From: Promethearchaeota archaeon
GTDB taxonomy: Archaea > Asgardarchaeota > Lokiarchaeia > Sigyniarchaeales > SOKP01
Assembly (NCBI GenBank): GCA_048940925.1
Contig: JBHLOC010000015.1
Location: 9,021-73,020, forward strand
Reading direction: 5' to 3'
Length of the DNA: 64,000 nucleotides
The notes beneath the pieces were generated by a model. The model had not been told where the DNA came from and did no database searches. It was given only the letters and a program-made list of their open reading frames with translations. Every line of letters begins with the position of its first letter. The first letter of the stretch is position 1. Positions 9,898 to 19,265 of this stretch are shown here, piece by piece. Position numbers and translations under genes: made by a program.

Positions 9898-11067
9898 ATG
9901 TCAGTAAGTAATGTAAGAAATTTAGAACAAAAATTTATTAAAGCAGCGGAAATCATAACTAGAGCTAAAGAAGGTACAGAAATTCCAGAAGAAACGGTGG
10001 GAATAATAAAAATTGCTGTTGGAAAAGATAATGTTGATTTTATAAGAGCATTTGAGGAAAAAAGCTCATTAACCATGGAAGAACTGAAAGAAAGCTTAAA
10101 AAACATTGGTTTTGAATTAACTGATAAAGAAATTATAGCTAAAGTTGATGCTCTTGCTAAGAATGGTGTAATGATGGATCAACCTGCGAGCAATGGTGTA
10201 ATGATTTACCGAATCCTTCCTTTTGGTAGAATATTTGATTACATTTTTATGAGAGATATTGATATAGAGGATAAAGACATAAAAGAAATCGCGAGATTAC
10301 AGCATATTCGCCATGAGAAAAGGAGAGAAGATGTTCAAAAAAATTATGGTACTTATAAGGCTTCAATTGAAAAAGTAATTCCTTTTGGTAGAACTATAAT
10401 TAGTAGTTCCATAAATCAATCAACTGGTGAGGATATCCAAATTCTTATCGATGAGACAATTGATACACCTCAAGATTTGATATTACCAACTCAAACAGTT
10501 CAAGAGATTGTAGAGAAATATGATGATATAGCTGTAGGTAATTGTTATTGTCGAAACCATGCAAAAGTGCTTGGAAATCCATGTAAACAAACTAATATCA
10601 AAGAAAGTTGCTTTACTTTCGGCAAGAGTGCACGACATACAGCAAAGCATGGTTTTGCAAGGTTAATATCAAAAGAAGAAGCATTAGACCTGTTAGAAAA
10701 GATACGTGATGATGGATTAGTGCATAGAGTTATGCATCTTAGAGCAAATCCGGAACTCCGTGAAGATGCAATCTGTAATTGTTGCAGTGATTGTTGTCCC
10801 TCAGGTGGTGGATTTTTGATGTCGCCATCTGCTACTTATACAAATTATTTAGCACAGATAGATCCAGAATTGTGTGTTGGGTGTGGTACATGTGTAGAAA
10901 AATGCAATCAATTGATAATTGAACTTAATGATGATGGTATCGCAGAAAGAGATGAAGAAAGGTGCATAGGATGTGGCGTGTGTGCATATTTCTGTCCGGA
11001 AAATGCCATTTCTATGGTTAAAACACAATTAAGAATTGTGAGAATAATGCCCCCTCGTCTAAATTAA
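9898..11067 (+). CDS. Multi-Fe-S protein with C-terminal 2x[4Fe-4S] ferredoxin domain
   Basis: CYCR, ICNCCSDCC, and two CxxCxxCxxxC motifs (CVGCGTCVEKC, CIGCGVCAYFCP). Confidence 0.85.
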   Translation: MSVSNVRNLEQKFIKAAEIITRAKEGTEIPEETVGIIKIAVGKDNVDFIRAFEEKSSLTMEELKESLKNIGFELTDKEIIAKVDALAKNGVMMDQPASNGVMIYRILPFGRIFDYIFMRDIDIEDKDIKEIARLQHIRHEKRREDVQKNYGTYKASIEKVIPFGRTIISSSINQSTGEDIQILIDETIDTPQDLILPTQTVQEIVEKYDDIAVGNCYCRNHAKVLGNPCKQTNIKESCFTFGKSARHTAKHGFARLISKEEALDLLEKIRDDGLVHRVMHLRANPELREDAICNCCSDCCPSGGGFLMSPSATYTNYLAQIDPELCVGCGTCVEKCNQLIIELNDDGIAERDEERCIGCGVCAYFCPENAISMVKTQLRIVRIMPPRLN

Positions 11068-11304
11068 ACAAGTAAAGTAATATAGACTTATCAACTCTGA
11101 ATCTCTAACAATAGTAAGAATGTTTAACTTTTTCTTCTTAAAATAGCGTTATATAAAAATTTAGAATGATAATAATACCTGAGTTTTATTTCATAAACTT
11201 TTAATACTCCTTTGGCAGCAAATTTTAATGGGAATTATACAATTTTAGGATCATCAGATCTATAATCTAGTCATTTGAATTCAATATTTGTTCAGATCTT
11301 ACCA

Positions 11305-11502
11305 ATGGAATTTACTAATAATAAAACATTACGTACTTTAATGAAGAAAGGAGGAGCTGAAATAGTAGGTCGAGCCACATATGATAAACTAATTGATTAT
11401 TTAAAAGAATATGCCAATAGCTTAACTGGCTTCACTCTTGATATTGCTTTAAGTTTGATTACATTTGTAAATGATTTTGTTTCTTCTGACCCTATTCTAT
11501 GA
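11305..11502 (+). CDS. Divergent histone paralog with internal deletion (variant or pseudogene)
   Basis: From the ATG at 11305, LRTLMKKGGAEIVGRATYDKLIDYLKEYANSLTGFTLDIA aligns in register with the histone at 8389. The segment KHSGRKKVTAADMKIA is missing. Confidence 0.65.
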   Translation: MEFTNNKTLRTLMKKGGAEIVGRATYDKLIDYLKEYANSLTGFTLDIALSLITFVNDFVSSDPIL

Positions 11503-11618
11503 TTTTTCTAATTGTTATTAGAATTTTAAATGGAAACGATTTTAATACACAAGAATAATAATCACTTATAACATTAAAATCAATGAAGTAATAAAAAATA
11601 CAATTTAGAGGAATTAAA

Positions 11619-13067
11619 GTGGAAGATGGGAAAGATGTTGCAGATTTCGCGATTGATTTTGGTATTTCTCAAGGTGCTAGCTATGTGGAGGCTCGTTTTA
11701 TTGATTCATGGGAAGAGTCTTTTACATTAAGAAATGGAAAATTCATTGGAATTGTTGAAAATTCTGATAAAGGCATAGGAATAAGAGTTCTTGCAAATGG
11801 GGGTATGGGATTTGGATCAACAGAACAATTATCTAAAAATTCAATTCAAAGTTTAATTAAAACAATAATAAGAATGACAAAAGCAGGTAAAAGAAAGAAT
11901 CCAATTGTTTTTTCAGAAGAAAAAATAGAGGTTGATAACTGGAAAACAGAAACTAAAGAAAATTTTAAGGATATTTCAAAAGAGGAAAAGCAAAAATATA
12001 TACAAAATTTAGATAAAGAGTTAAAAACTCGAACTAAAAAGAAATTAAAAGACAGATTTTCACTTATGGAACTTACTATTCAAAATAAGTACATCATTAC
12101 AAGTGAAGGAGCGAAAATAGATTCTCAAAAATCCTTAATTTCTGTTATGTTATTGAACACTGCGAAAGGGAAACTAGGAACAGAACAGAGAGTATTTAGT
12201 TTAGGGGGATCAGCAGGATGGGAGTGGTTAAAAGATACTAATTTTAATGAGTTAGTAATTCAAGATGGTGTATCATTAGTAAAAACAGCTGAGAATGCTA
12301 GAAACATCAAATTTAACAAACCTATTGATGTCATTGTTAATGGGGAAGTTTCTGGAATAATGGCACATGAAAATGTTGGGCATCCAAGCGAGGCCGATCG
12401 AATTATAGGTAGGGAAGGAGCACAGGCAGGAGAATCTTTCTATGGAGATCTCCTTAGAGAAGGAAAACTTGGAGAAATAAAATTAGGAAATGAAATTGTA
12501 TCTATTATTGATGATCCTACAATTCCTGGAACTACTGGTTTCTATCTTTATGACGATGAATGTATTAAAGCAAGACCACGTTACCTAATAAAAAATGGCA
12601 TGTTAAATGAGCTTTTTCTTAATCGAGAATATGCAATGAGATTCAATACAAAATCGAATGCTGCGGCAAGAGCAACTACCTATGCCCGAGAGCCAATTTC
12701 CCGCATGGCAAATACATTTTTTGAGCCCGGTGATTATACTAAAGAAGAATTAATTGAAGATGTAAAGGAAGGAATTCTAATGAATAGTTTTACAGAGTGG
12801 AATATTGATGATCGAAGATTTCAAAGTAAATATGTTGGTCATGAGGTCTTCTTAATAAAAAATGGTGAAATTACAGATACAATGGTTCGCAGACCTATTC
12901 TTGAATTAACTACATACGGAATTTTAGGTAATATTGATGCTATTGCTAAAGATATGTTTAGACCAATCGGTACATGTGGTAAGGGGGATCCTTTACAAGG
13001 TATACCAGTTTCAATGGGAGGACCTCATATGCGATTAAGAGATATCACAGTAATGGGGAGTGTCTAA
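11619..13067 (+). CDS. tldD: TldD-family metalloprotease
   Basis: HENVGHPSEAD (HExxGH), DDPT, SRMANT and CGKG motifs. Confidence 0.92.
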   Translation: MEDGKDVADFAIDFGISQGASYVEARFIDSWEESFTLRNGKFIGIVENSDKGIGIRVLANGGMGFGSTEQLSKNSIQSLIKTIIRMTKAGKRKNPIVFSEEKIEVDNWKTETKENFKDISKEEKQKYIQNLDKELKTRTKKKLKDRFSLMELTIQNKYIITSEGAKIDSQKSLISVMLLNTAKGKLGTEQRVFSLGGSAGWEWLKDTNFNELVIQDGVSLVKTAENARNIKFNKPIDVIVNGEVSGIMAHENVGHPSEADRIIGREGAQAGESFYGDLLREGKLGEIKLGNEIVSIIDDPTIPGTTGFYLYDDECIKARPRYLIKNGMLNELFLNREYAMRFNTKSNAAARATTYAREPISRMANTFFEPGDYTKEELIEDVKEGILMNSFTEWNIDDRRFQSKYVGHEVFLIKNGEITDTMVRRPILELTTYGILGNIDAIAKDMFRPIGTCGKGDPLQGIPVSMGGPHMRLRDITVMGSV

Positions 13068-14486
13068 ATGTCAGAAGAAAAAGAATTACTTGAAAAATCA
13101 GTCGAAATTGCTAGAAAAAAAGGTGCAAAAGAGGTAGTTGTGAAATTAATAAGGAAAAAAGAATATCAAATTCGGTTTTCTAATTCTGCTATAGATATTT
13201 CTAAACAGTGGACCACTAATTTATTAGAAGTTTTTCTATCAATAGGGAGAAAAACTTCATTTATTAAGATTCAAAATCCTTCAATTGATTTGATTAATGA
13301 AAAAATATCTCACGAAATTCTATCTTTACGAAAGTTACCAAAGAGTCTTTTATATTGGGGAATAGACAAAAGTCAATATGAATATAGATTTATTGAAGGG
13401 CTCCATGATTCCAGAATTGAAAAATTCTCTGATAAGGCTCCAGATTTTGTTAATATGGCTATAAATTCCTCATTAGAATCAGGAGCTAAAAAAGTAGCTG
13501 GTGTTCTTTATTTTGGAAATATATCCACCGGAGTTTCAACAAGTTATAATAATGGGGGCATTTATAATTCTTCCTATTATCGCATGACAGTAAGAGCATT
13601 TGTAGATGCTGAAAGTAGTGGACAAGACATCATAGTCGGAAGAAATCTAGAAGATATTGAGAATAAATTTACTGAAGCTGGTAAAAGAGCAGGTGAATTA
13701 GCAAAAATGGCAGTAGGTGGGGAACAAGGAAAACCAGGAAAATATGATCTCATTATGAGCCCTACTGTCGCCGCGAACGTATTTAATCATATTTATGTAG
13801 GAGCAAATCCGCTTCAAATCATTTTAAAAATGAGCTGTCTAAGTAAAATAAAAATTGGGCAACAAGTTGCACCTGAATATCTGACTATTTCTGATAATGC
13901 TTTAATCCCTGAAGGATTAAATAGTAGACCATTCGATATTGAGGGAACACCTTCTCAAAGTACTCCAATCATAAAAGATGGTAAATTTGCTGGATTAATT
14001 CATAATACCTCTAGTGCTAAGCTTTGGAGATTAATGAATTTAATAAAGATGAAATGGATTAAAAGTAAAACTACCGCAAATTCATACTTAGGAAGTGTTT
14101 TAGATGAAGAAATTGGCCCAAAATTACTTGCGCCTCTACCATCTAATTTTGTGTATGAGAAAGGAGATTATTCGTTAAACGAAATAATTTCAGAATCAAA
14201 AAATCCTACTATTTACCTTACTTCTAATTGGTATACCCGGTTTACAAATTATTTGGAGGGAAAATTTTCAACAATCCCTCGTGATGGAATATTCCTTATT
14301 GAGAACGGAGAAATTAGAAAGCCAATAAGAAAATTACGATTGACAGAAACGTTATTAGGTATGCTAAGTCGTATTAAGGCAATTGGTAAAGATATCAAGC
14401 AGATTAAATGGTGGGAAGTTGAAACACCAACGTTTATTCCTACTATTAAGGTAGGAGAATGCAATTTCACAGCAGCTACAGAATAG
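13068..14486 (+). CDS. tldE: TldE/PmbA-family protein
   Basis: Abuts tldD. Has PGKYDLIMSP and RPFDIEGTP and lacks HExxH. Confidence 0.88.
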   Translation: MSEEKELLEKSVEIARKKGAKEVVVKLIRKKEYQIRFSNSAIDISKQWTTNLLEVFLSIGRKTSFIKIQNPSIDLINEKISHEILSLRKLPKSLLYWGIDKSQYEYRFIEGLHDSRIEKFSDKAPDFVNMAINSSLESGAKKVAGVLYFGNISTGVSTSYNNGGIYNSSYYRMTVRAFVDAESSGQDIIVGRNLEDIENKFTEAGKRAGELAKMAVGGEQGKPGKYDLIMSPTVAANVFNHIYVGANPLQIILKMSCLSKIKIGQQVAPEYLTISDNALIPEGLNSRPFDIEGTPSQSTPIIKDGKFAGLIHNTSSAKLWRLMNLIKMKWIKSKTTANSYLGSVLDEEIGPKLLAPLPSNFVYEKGDYSLNEIISESKNPTIYLTSNWYTRFTNYLEGKFSTIPRDGIFLIENGEIRKPIRKLRLTETLLGMLSRIKAIGKDIKQIKWWEVETPTFIPTIKVGECNFTAATE

Positions 14487-14522
14487 ATATTTAATTAAAA
14501 ATATCTAATTATCTTTTTTTCC

Positions 14523-14714
14523 AATGGAAAAATAAAAGATAATTTACTATGTATATGGTAGAGCTGTTAACCATTTATTTCTGATAAATTAAAGCAAGCA
14601 TTCATCCCTCATTTAGTTCGTGAAAACACCATCGGCAGTTATCCCTATTACAAGGTAAAAAGAATATTGTATTGTAAATATATCTCCCTTGATATCGATT
14701 CTCATGGGAATTGA
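14523..14714 (+). pseudogene. Decayed fragment resembling an MGE-type archaeo-eukaryotic primase N-terminus
   Basis: Frame reads W*SC*PFISDKLKQAFIPHLVRENTIGSYPYYKVKRILYCKYISLDIDSHGN*, matching the HLxxxxxIGxYP...C...DxD pattern. Two internal stops and no start. Confidence 0.45.
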
Positions 14715-14956
14715 AATGATTCTAAAAAACACTCTTTATAATAGCATACATAAGGTGTTTGGCTGTGTATTATATAGTATAACCGAATTGCAAGATTTTT
14801 GCTCGGGAGAGTTTGACATTTCCGATTTAAAATATATTTCTTAAATAAAAACAACCAAAGATATTTTGTGTATTAACACATTAAATTTACCTGGAGATTC
14901 ACCCAAATGAGACCATTTTTGAATAGGTTTTTAAAGGAAATCAACTTCATTAGAGA

Positions 14957-16750
14957 ATGATTCACATGACAAAAGAAAAAAAATCAAGACATAATTGTAA
15001 AAAGATAACCTATAGAATTGTCCTATTTATTGTCTTTTTGGTATTAATTTTCGGTTTGAAAACCCTATCAATTATCAAAACTAATAATGAAGTCACATAT
15101 AATGAAAAACAAAATCAATCCCGTTTAAATTCCAGTGGTTCTTGGAATCTTCCACCACAATTTATAGATGGTTCTGCTACGGGAGTCGGGGCTTATAATT
15201 GGACGTGGGTTAAAGCACAACCATGGTTCGGAGGTGGAAATGGGAGTTGGGGCAATCCTTATATTATTGAAAATATTACGATTGATGCTTCCTATTCAAC
15301 TGATTGTTTTAAGATTGTTAATACAGACCAATATTTCATACTCAAAAATTGTAAATTTACTTGTTCAAGCTCGGACATAAGCGCAGGTCTCAAGATGACC
15401 AATGTTAATAATTCGCTAATTATAAACAACGACCTATCCTCTAATGAAGGGCATGGTATTTATTTAACTTCATGTAATAATAACACAATCTTTAATAATA
15501 GTGTTGATGCAAATGGAAGGTACTCCCAGTATCCACAGCATGGAATCCATATAACAAATAGTCATTTTAACAACATATCCAATAATTCAATTAAAAGCAA
15601 TAAAAATATAGGAATACGAATGAATCATTGTAATCATAATAAAATTATAAATAACAATTTAGGAGGAAATGGAGAATACGGAATCTGGGGTTATTCTTGT
15701 GAAAACTGTATATTCTTGCATAATTCTTTTGATAGAAATGGAGACTATATAACCGGAGGAGGGTTTAGTTTAGCTGATTGCTCACATACTGTCTTTTCAA
15801 ATAATACATTTAGTGAAAATTATGGACGTGGGGCTGATATTCAAGGTTGTGAGAATTTAACTCTCTCGAACAATCTAATTATAGGATCCTCGCAAATTGG
15901 ATTATATTTGTCCGATGTGTATGAGAGTTTTTTCTTTAATAACACAATGGATTATAATAACGGTTATGGATTATTCCTTAGTTACGGAGATAATAACGAG
16001 ATTAATAATAACTCAATTAATTATAACCTTTACGACGGCATGTTTTTTTATTTTTTTAATAATAATTCAATCGAGAATAACAGCATAACCCAAAATGACC
16101 AAAATGGAATTGAATTTTATACTGATTGCAATATGAACAACTTAACGGGAAATTCTATAAATAATAACCATCAATACGGCTTATTCCTGAGTAATAGCGA
16201 TAATAACCGCATTATCATGAACATTTTAATCGATAACCAGGATTCTATTCATGAAACTGATTGCGTTGGTAATTTCTTCTTAGATAATATATGTAGTCAA
16301 ACCAAAAAGCTTTTTATAGAACTAGTGGAACAAATATATACAAGTGAAAAATTCAATATTTCGCTCCTCATTAACGACGAATTTAATTCTGGTATATCTG
16401 TTGACTTGATTCAGATGTGGTGGAACGGAACTGATGTTTCGTCCGATGTTAAAAACCTTGGTGAGGGCAATTATTTCGTTTCATTGGATCCCATCACTGT
16501 AACACCGGGAGATGCACCGATTCTTTTAAATATGACTGCAAAAGCGGAAGGATTCGAGGAAAAATATTTCGAAACATTTTTAGCGGTTGACCCGAAAACC
16601 CTAGAGAAGGGTACTCCACAAGAACCGGAAGAACCAGAGGAACCTGAACCTTCATCTTCGCCATCAAGTATTCCTGGATATAATCTCTATCTATTTTTGG
16701 TTATTATTTCACTTGTAAGTGTGACTATAATCAAAAAAAAAATTAAGTAA
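14957..16750 (+). CDS. Cell-surface right-handed parallel beta-helix (NosD/CASH-repeat) protein with C-terminal IPGY-TM-basic sorting signal
   Basis: N-terminal signal/TM, many N-x-I-x-N-N...GI repeats, EPE linker, then IPGY + hydrophobic helix + KKKIK. Confidence 0.85.
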   Translation: MIHMTKEKKSRHNCKKITYRIVLFIVFLVLIFGLKTLSIIKTNNEVTYNEKQNQSRLNSSGSWNLPPQFIDGSATGVGAYNWTWVKAQPWFGGGNGSWGNPYIIENITIDASYSTDCFKIVNTDQYFILKNCKFTCSSSDISAGLKMTNVNNSLIINNDLSSNEGHGIYLTSCNNNTIFNNSVDANGRYSQYPQHGIHITNSHFNNISNNSIKSNKNIGIRMNHCNHNKIINNNLGGNGEYGIWGYSCENCIFLHNSFDRNGDYITGGGFSLADCSHTVFSNNTFSENYGRGADIQGCENLTLSNNLIIGSSQIGLYLSDVYESFFFNNTMDYNNGYGLFLSYGDNNEINNNSINYNLYDGMFFYFFNNNSIENNSITQNDQNGIEFYTDCNMNNLTGNSINNNHQYGLFLSNSDNNRIIMNILIDNQDSIHETDCVGNFFLDNICSQTKKLFIELVEQIYTSEKFNISLLINDEFNSGISVDLIQMWWNGTDVSSDVKNLGEGNYFVSLDPITVTPGDAPILLNMTAKAEGFEEKYFETFLAVDPKTLEKGTPQEPEEPEEPEPSSSPSSIPGYNLYLFLVIISLVSVTIIKKKIK

Positions 16751-16766
16751 ATTTTTTTACTAAAAT

Positions 16767-17426
16767 TTATTTTTTATTTTTTCCAATAGGACAAGATTCT
16801 ATACATCTATTGCACCAAATAACTGTATAGTCCGAAAGTTCTTTCCAATTAGCATAATTATATTTAAGACATAAGTCTTTGTTATAATTTCCATTAGGAA
16901 ATGCTTTTGCTGGACAAGAATCAATACAAATATTACATTCTTTACAATAATCACTCTTATATATAGATTTTCCACAAGTTAAAGGTGCGGATGTTGCTAT
17001 TGCCCTTAATCTCACTTGGGAACCATATTTTTTAGTAATTAGTAGGTTATTTTTACCAATCGGTCCTATTCCCGCTAATGCAGCACAATCTTTTAAATAT
17101 AACCCAGGGCTATAGGGAATGATTCTAGATTCATATCCTTGTTTATCGAGAAACTTACTAATTGAATGACAAAAATTTACTATAATTGAATCGGCAAAAT
17201 GGAAATCTTTTCCATTCTCCTCATTCTTACTCCAAGCATCTAAAGTTAGATCGTACAAATGGATTCCTATTACTATTACTGTCTTTGTTTCTGGTAAGAA
17301 TGCAAATGGTTGATTTTTTTCAAGAAATCGGTCAAACAAATTTGGATCTGCGAATCCTATGATATCTATACCTATCTTATTGCTATACTCAATTAATTTA
17401 TCAGTTAAGTCTTTAAATCGTTCCAT
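16767..17426 (-). CDS. Epoxyqueuosine reductase (QueG)/reductive-dehalogenase-like Fe-S protein
   Basis: AALAGIGPIGKNNLLI..YGSQVRL, CKECNICIDSCP and CNRCIESCP. Confidence 0.82.
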   Translation of the reverse strand: MERFKDLTDKLIEYSNKIGIDIIGFADPNLFDRFLEKNQPFAFLPETKTVIVIGIHLYDLTLDAWSKNEENGKDFHFADSIIVNFCHSISKFLDKQGYESRIIPYSPGLYLKDCAALAGIGPIGKNNLLITKKYGSQVRLRAIATSAPLTCGKSIYKSDYCKECNICIDSCPAKAFPNGNYNKDLCLKYNYANWKELSDYTVIWCNRCIESCPIGKNKK

Positions 17427-17476
17427 TGAGGTTTTATAAAGGTTGATTAATTTGAAAAAAAAAATATTTTATACTT

Positions 17477-19126
17477 TTATTTCTTTTTCTTTTTCATTCT
17501 CTTCTTTAAAGCATTCGATGATATTCTTGCTCTTTGCTGTCCCTTTGCTGCCCAATAACTCTTTGCTGGAGCTTGTGAGACTTCTTTTTCTTCAATTTCG
17601 ATCTCTTCTAATTCATCATCTAAATATGATAATCCTTCTGTAAAATCTTGTTCAGCAAAAGACATATTTACTGATCGTAAGCGATTCAACTCGTTCAGCA
17701 TTTCTTTTTTCAAACCTGTTAACCTTTTTTTCGATTCAGTCGCTTTTCCTGCATAATATCCCTTTCCAGCAGCTTGAATGTTCATCATTACATTAAGTTT
17801 TTGGTCATATTCTGCTTTAAATTCATCCTCATCCTTCGTGACCTTTACTTTATCGTTTATAACTCTCATTCTTTTTTGACCTTCAGTATCCAGATAATCT
17901 ATTTGGAATTGAACTGGGATCTCTTCCTGATCATTTAATTCCTTAGTTGAATCGAGTTCTACAAATAATTCTCTATCTTCTGTAATTGCTCCTAAGTTAA
18001 TTTCTGAACCCTCAATAGCACCCTTCGAGCTATAGGCTCCTGTAATGCTTTTAATCAATATTTTGGGTGGAGTGATAATTTTTATTTTAACATCTTTACC
18101 TATATATTTCATTTGTCTTAATTCTGAAAAAATAGCTTCCATTTCTGAGCTTGAGATTAAATATAACATTCCACCTGTTTTATCTGTTAGTTTCCCTAGA
18201 GTTTCAAGACCCAATTCATTATTATCTCCTGAAATGGAGACCCCTACCACATCCACAATAATTTTGTATTGATTACATAAATCAGCCATATCTTCATAAA
18301 ATCTTTCTGCTCCAAGGCTAGTTCCTGAAAGATTACCTATTCCCTGGTTGGCAAGACCATCAGTTAACAATGTTATTCTTCCAGTATATTTAAAAAATTC
18401 AAAAGAGACAATAGCAAAATATAATGCGGGTCCTAATGCGGTCATATCCATGGATCTAAGGTCTTCAACTTTTTTAATCCAACCATCAGCAAATTCGCCA
18501 ATAGATCCTAAAAACCTATCTTTCTTTATAGACTTTTTCAACTGAGTTTTCATACCTTCTAAAGAAAATAGTAAATCACCACTAAAATTTAATGAATCCT
18601 TATCATATCTTAAATAATAATAAACTGAACTCTCAAATGCGATTAAAATGTATTTTGTTGAAGGTGAATTAATCTTAAAATCTTTTAGAGTTTGGACTAG
18701 AGATTTTTTTACAGCTTCAATTTTAGCACCACTCATACTTCCCGATATATCAATTACAGAAATATAAAGATCTCCCTCCGTAACCCCCATTTTTGTTATG
18801 TTTTCTTCTTCTTTTGATCCTTTTGTTAAAGCTTCTATTAGTATAAAATCTATATCATTTGGTAACTTCTCCTTTACTTTAGATCTATCTACTGTGTTAA
18901 TTGTCCCACAAAATTCACAGACATAGTAGGATCCTTTTTGGGAATCTACTTGAATTAAATCAATATCAGTAAAAATCGCTCCACAGGAATCACATTTAAT
19001 GGGATCATTATTTGTCTCATTCTTTGGCTTTCCAAGTTCTTTAAAGGCAATGGAATATAAATAGGGATACAATTCTTTTTTAGATGGCTTTTTTGTAAGA
19101 AATTTTTTAAATGCTCTATTAAACAT
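17477..19126 (-). CDS. Sec23/Sec24-like Zn finger + vWA domain protein
   Basis: PIKCDSCGA...YVCEFCGTIN Zn finger, vWA with DISGSM MIDAS, TALGPAL and LTDGLAN, then beta-sandwich and helical region. Start could be the ATG at 19126 or the GTG at 19135. Confidence 0.78.
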   Translation of the reverse strand: MFNRAFKKFLTKKPSKKELYPYLYSIAFKELGKPKNETNNDPIKCDSCGAIFTDIDLIQVDSQKGSYYVCEFCGTINTVDRSKVKEKLPNDIDFILIEALTKGSKEEENITKMGVTEGDLYISVIDISGSMSGAKIEAVKKSLVQTLKDFKINSPSTKYILIAFESSVYYYLRYDKDSLNFSGDLLFSLEGMKTQLKKSIKKDRFLGSIGEFADGWIKKVEDLRSMDMTALGPALYFAIVSFEFFKYTGRITLLTDGLANQGIGNLSGTSLGAERFYEDMADLCNQYKIIVDVVGVSISGDNNELGLETLGKLTDKTGGMLYLISSSEMEAIFSELRQMKYIGKDVKIKIITPPKILIKSITGAYSSKGAIEGSEINLGAITEDRELFVELDSTKELNDQEEIPVQFQIDYLDTEGQKRMRVINDKVKVTKDEDEFKAEYDQKLNVMMNIQAAGKGYYAGKATESKKRLTGLKKEMLNELNRLRSVNMSFAEQDFTEGLSYLDDELEEIEIEEKEVSQAPAKSYWAAKGQQRARISSNALKKRMKKKKK

Positions 19127-19211
19127 AAATTTCACGTATTTAGAAGTTTAAAATGTAAATAAAAAATGGATAATAAATAATTATGTAAAGTTTACAGAAA
19201 AAGGAATTATA

Positions 19212-19243
19212 ATCCCAAAACCTTTGCAAGGCAGTCATCGGAT
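19212..19243 (-). promoter_or_regulatory. Candidate SECIS-like stem-loop in the 3' UTR of the peroxiredoxin-like gene
   Basis: Minus strand ATCC-G-ATGA-CT-GCCTT-GCA-AAGGT-TTTG-GGAT. GC-rich island in an AT-rich spacer with AUGA...GA and paired ends. The fold is not fully canonical. Confidence 0.4.
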
Positions 19244-19265
19244 GTCTCATTTTTTTACATACGAA

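Noticed and set aside
16619-16665. Short GAACCN-type tandem repeats
   Set aside because: They encode the EPE linker of the surface protein and are not a CRISPR or non-coding repeat.
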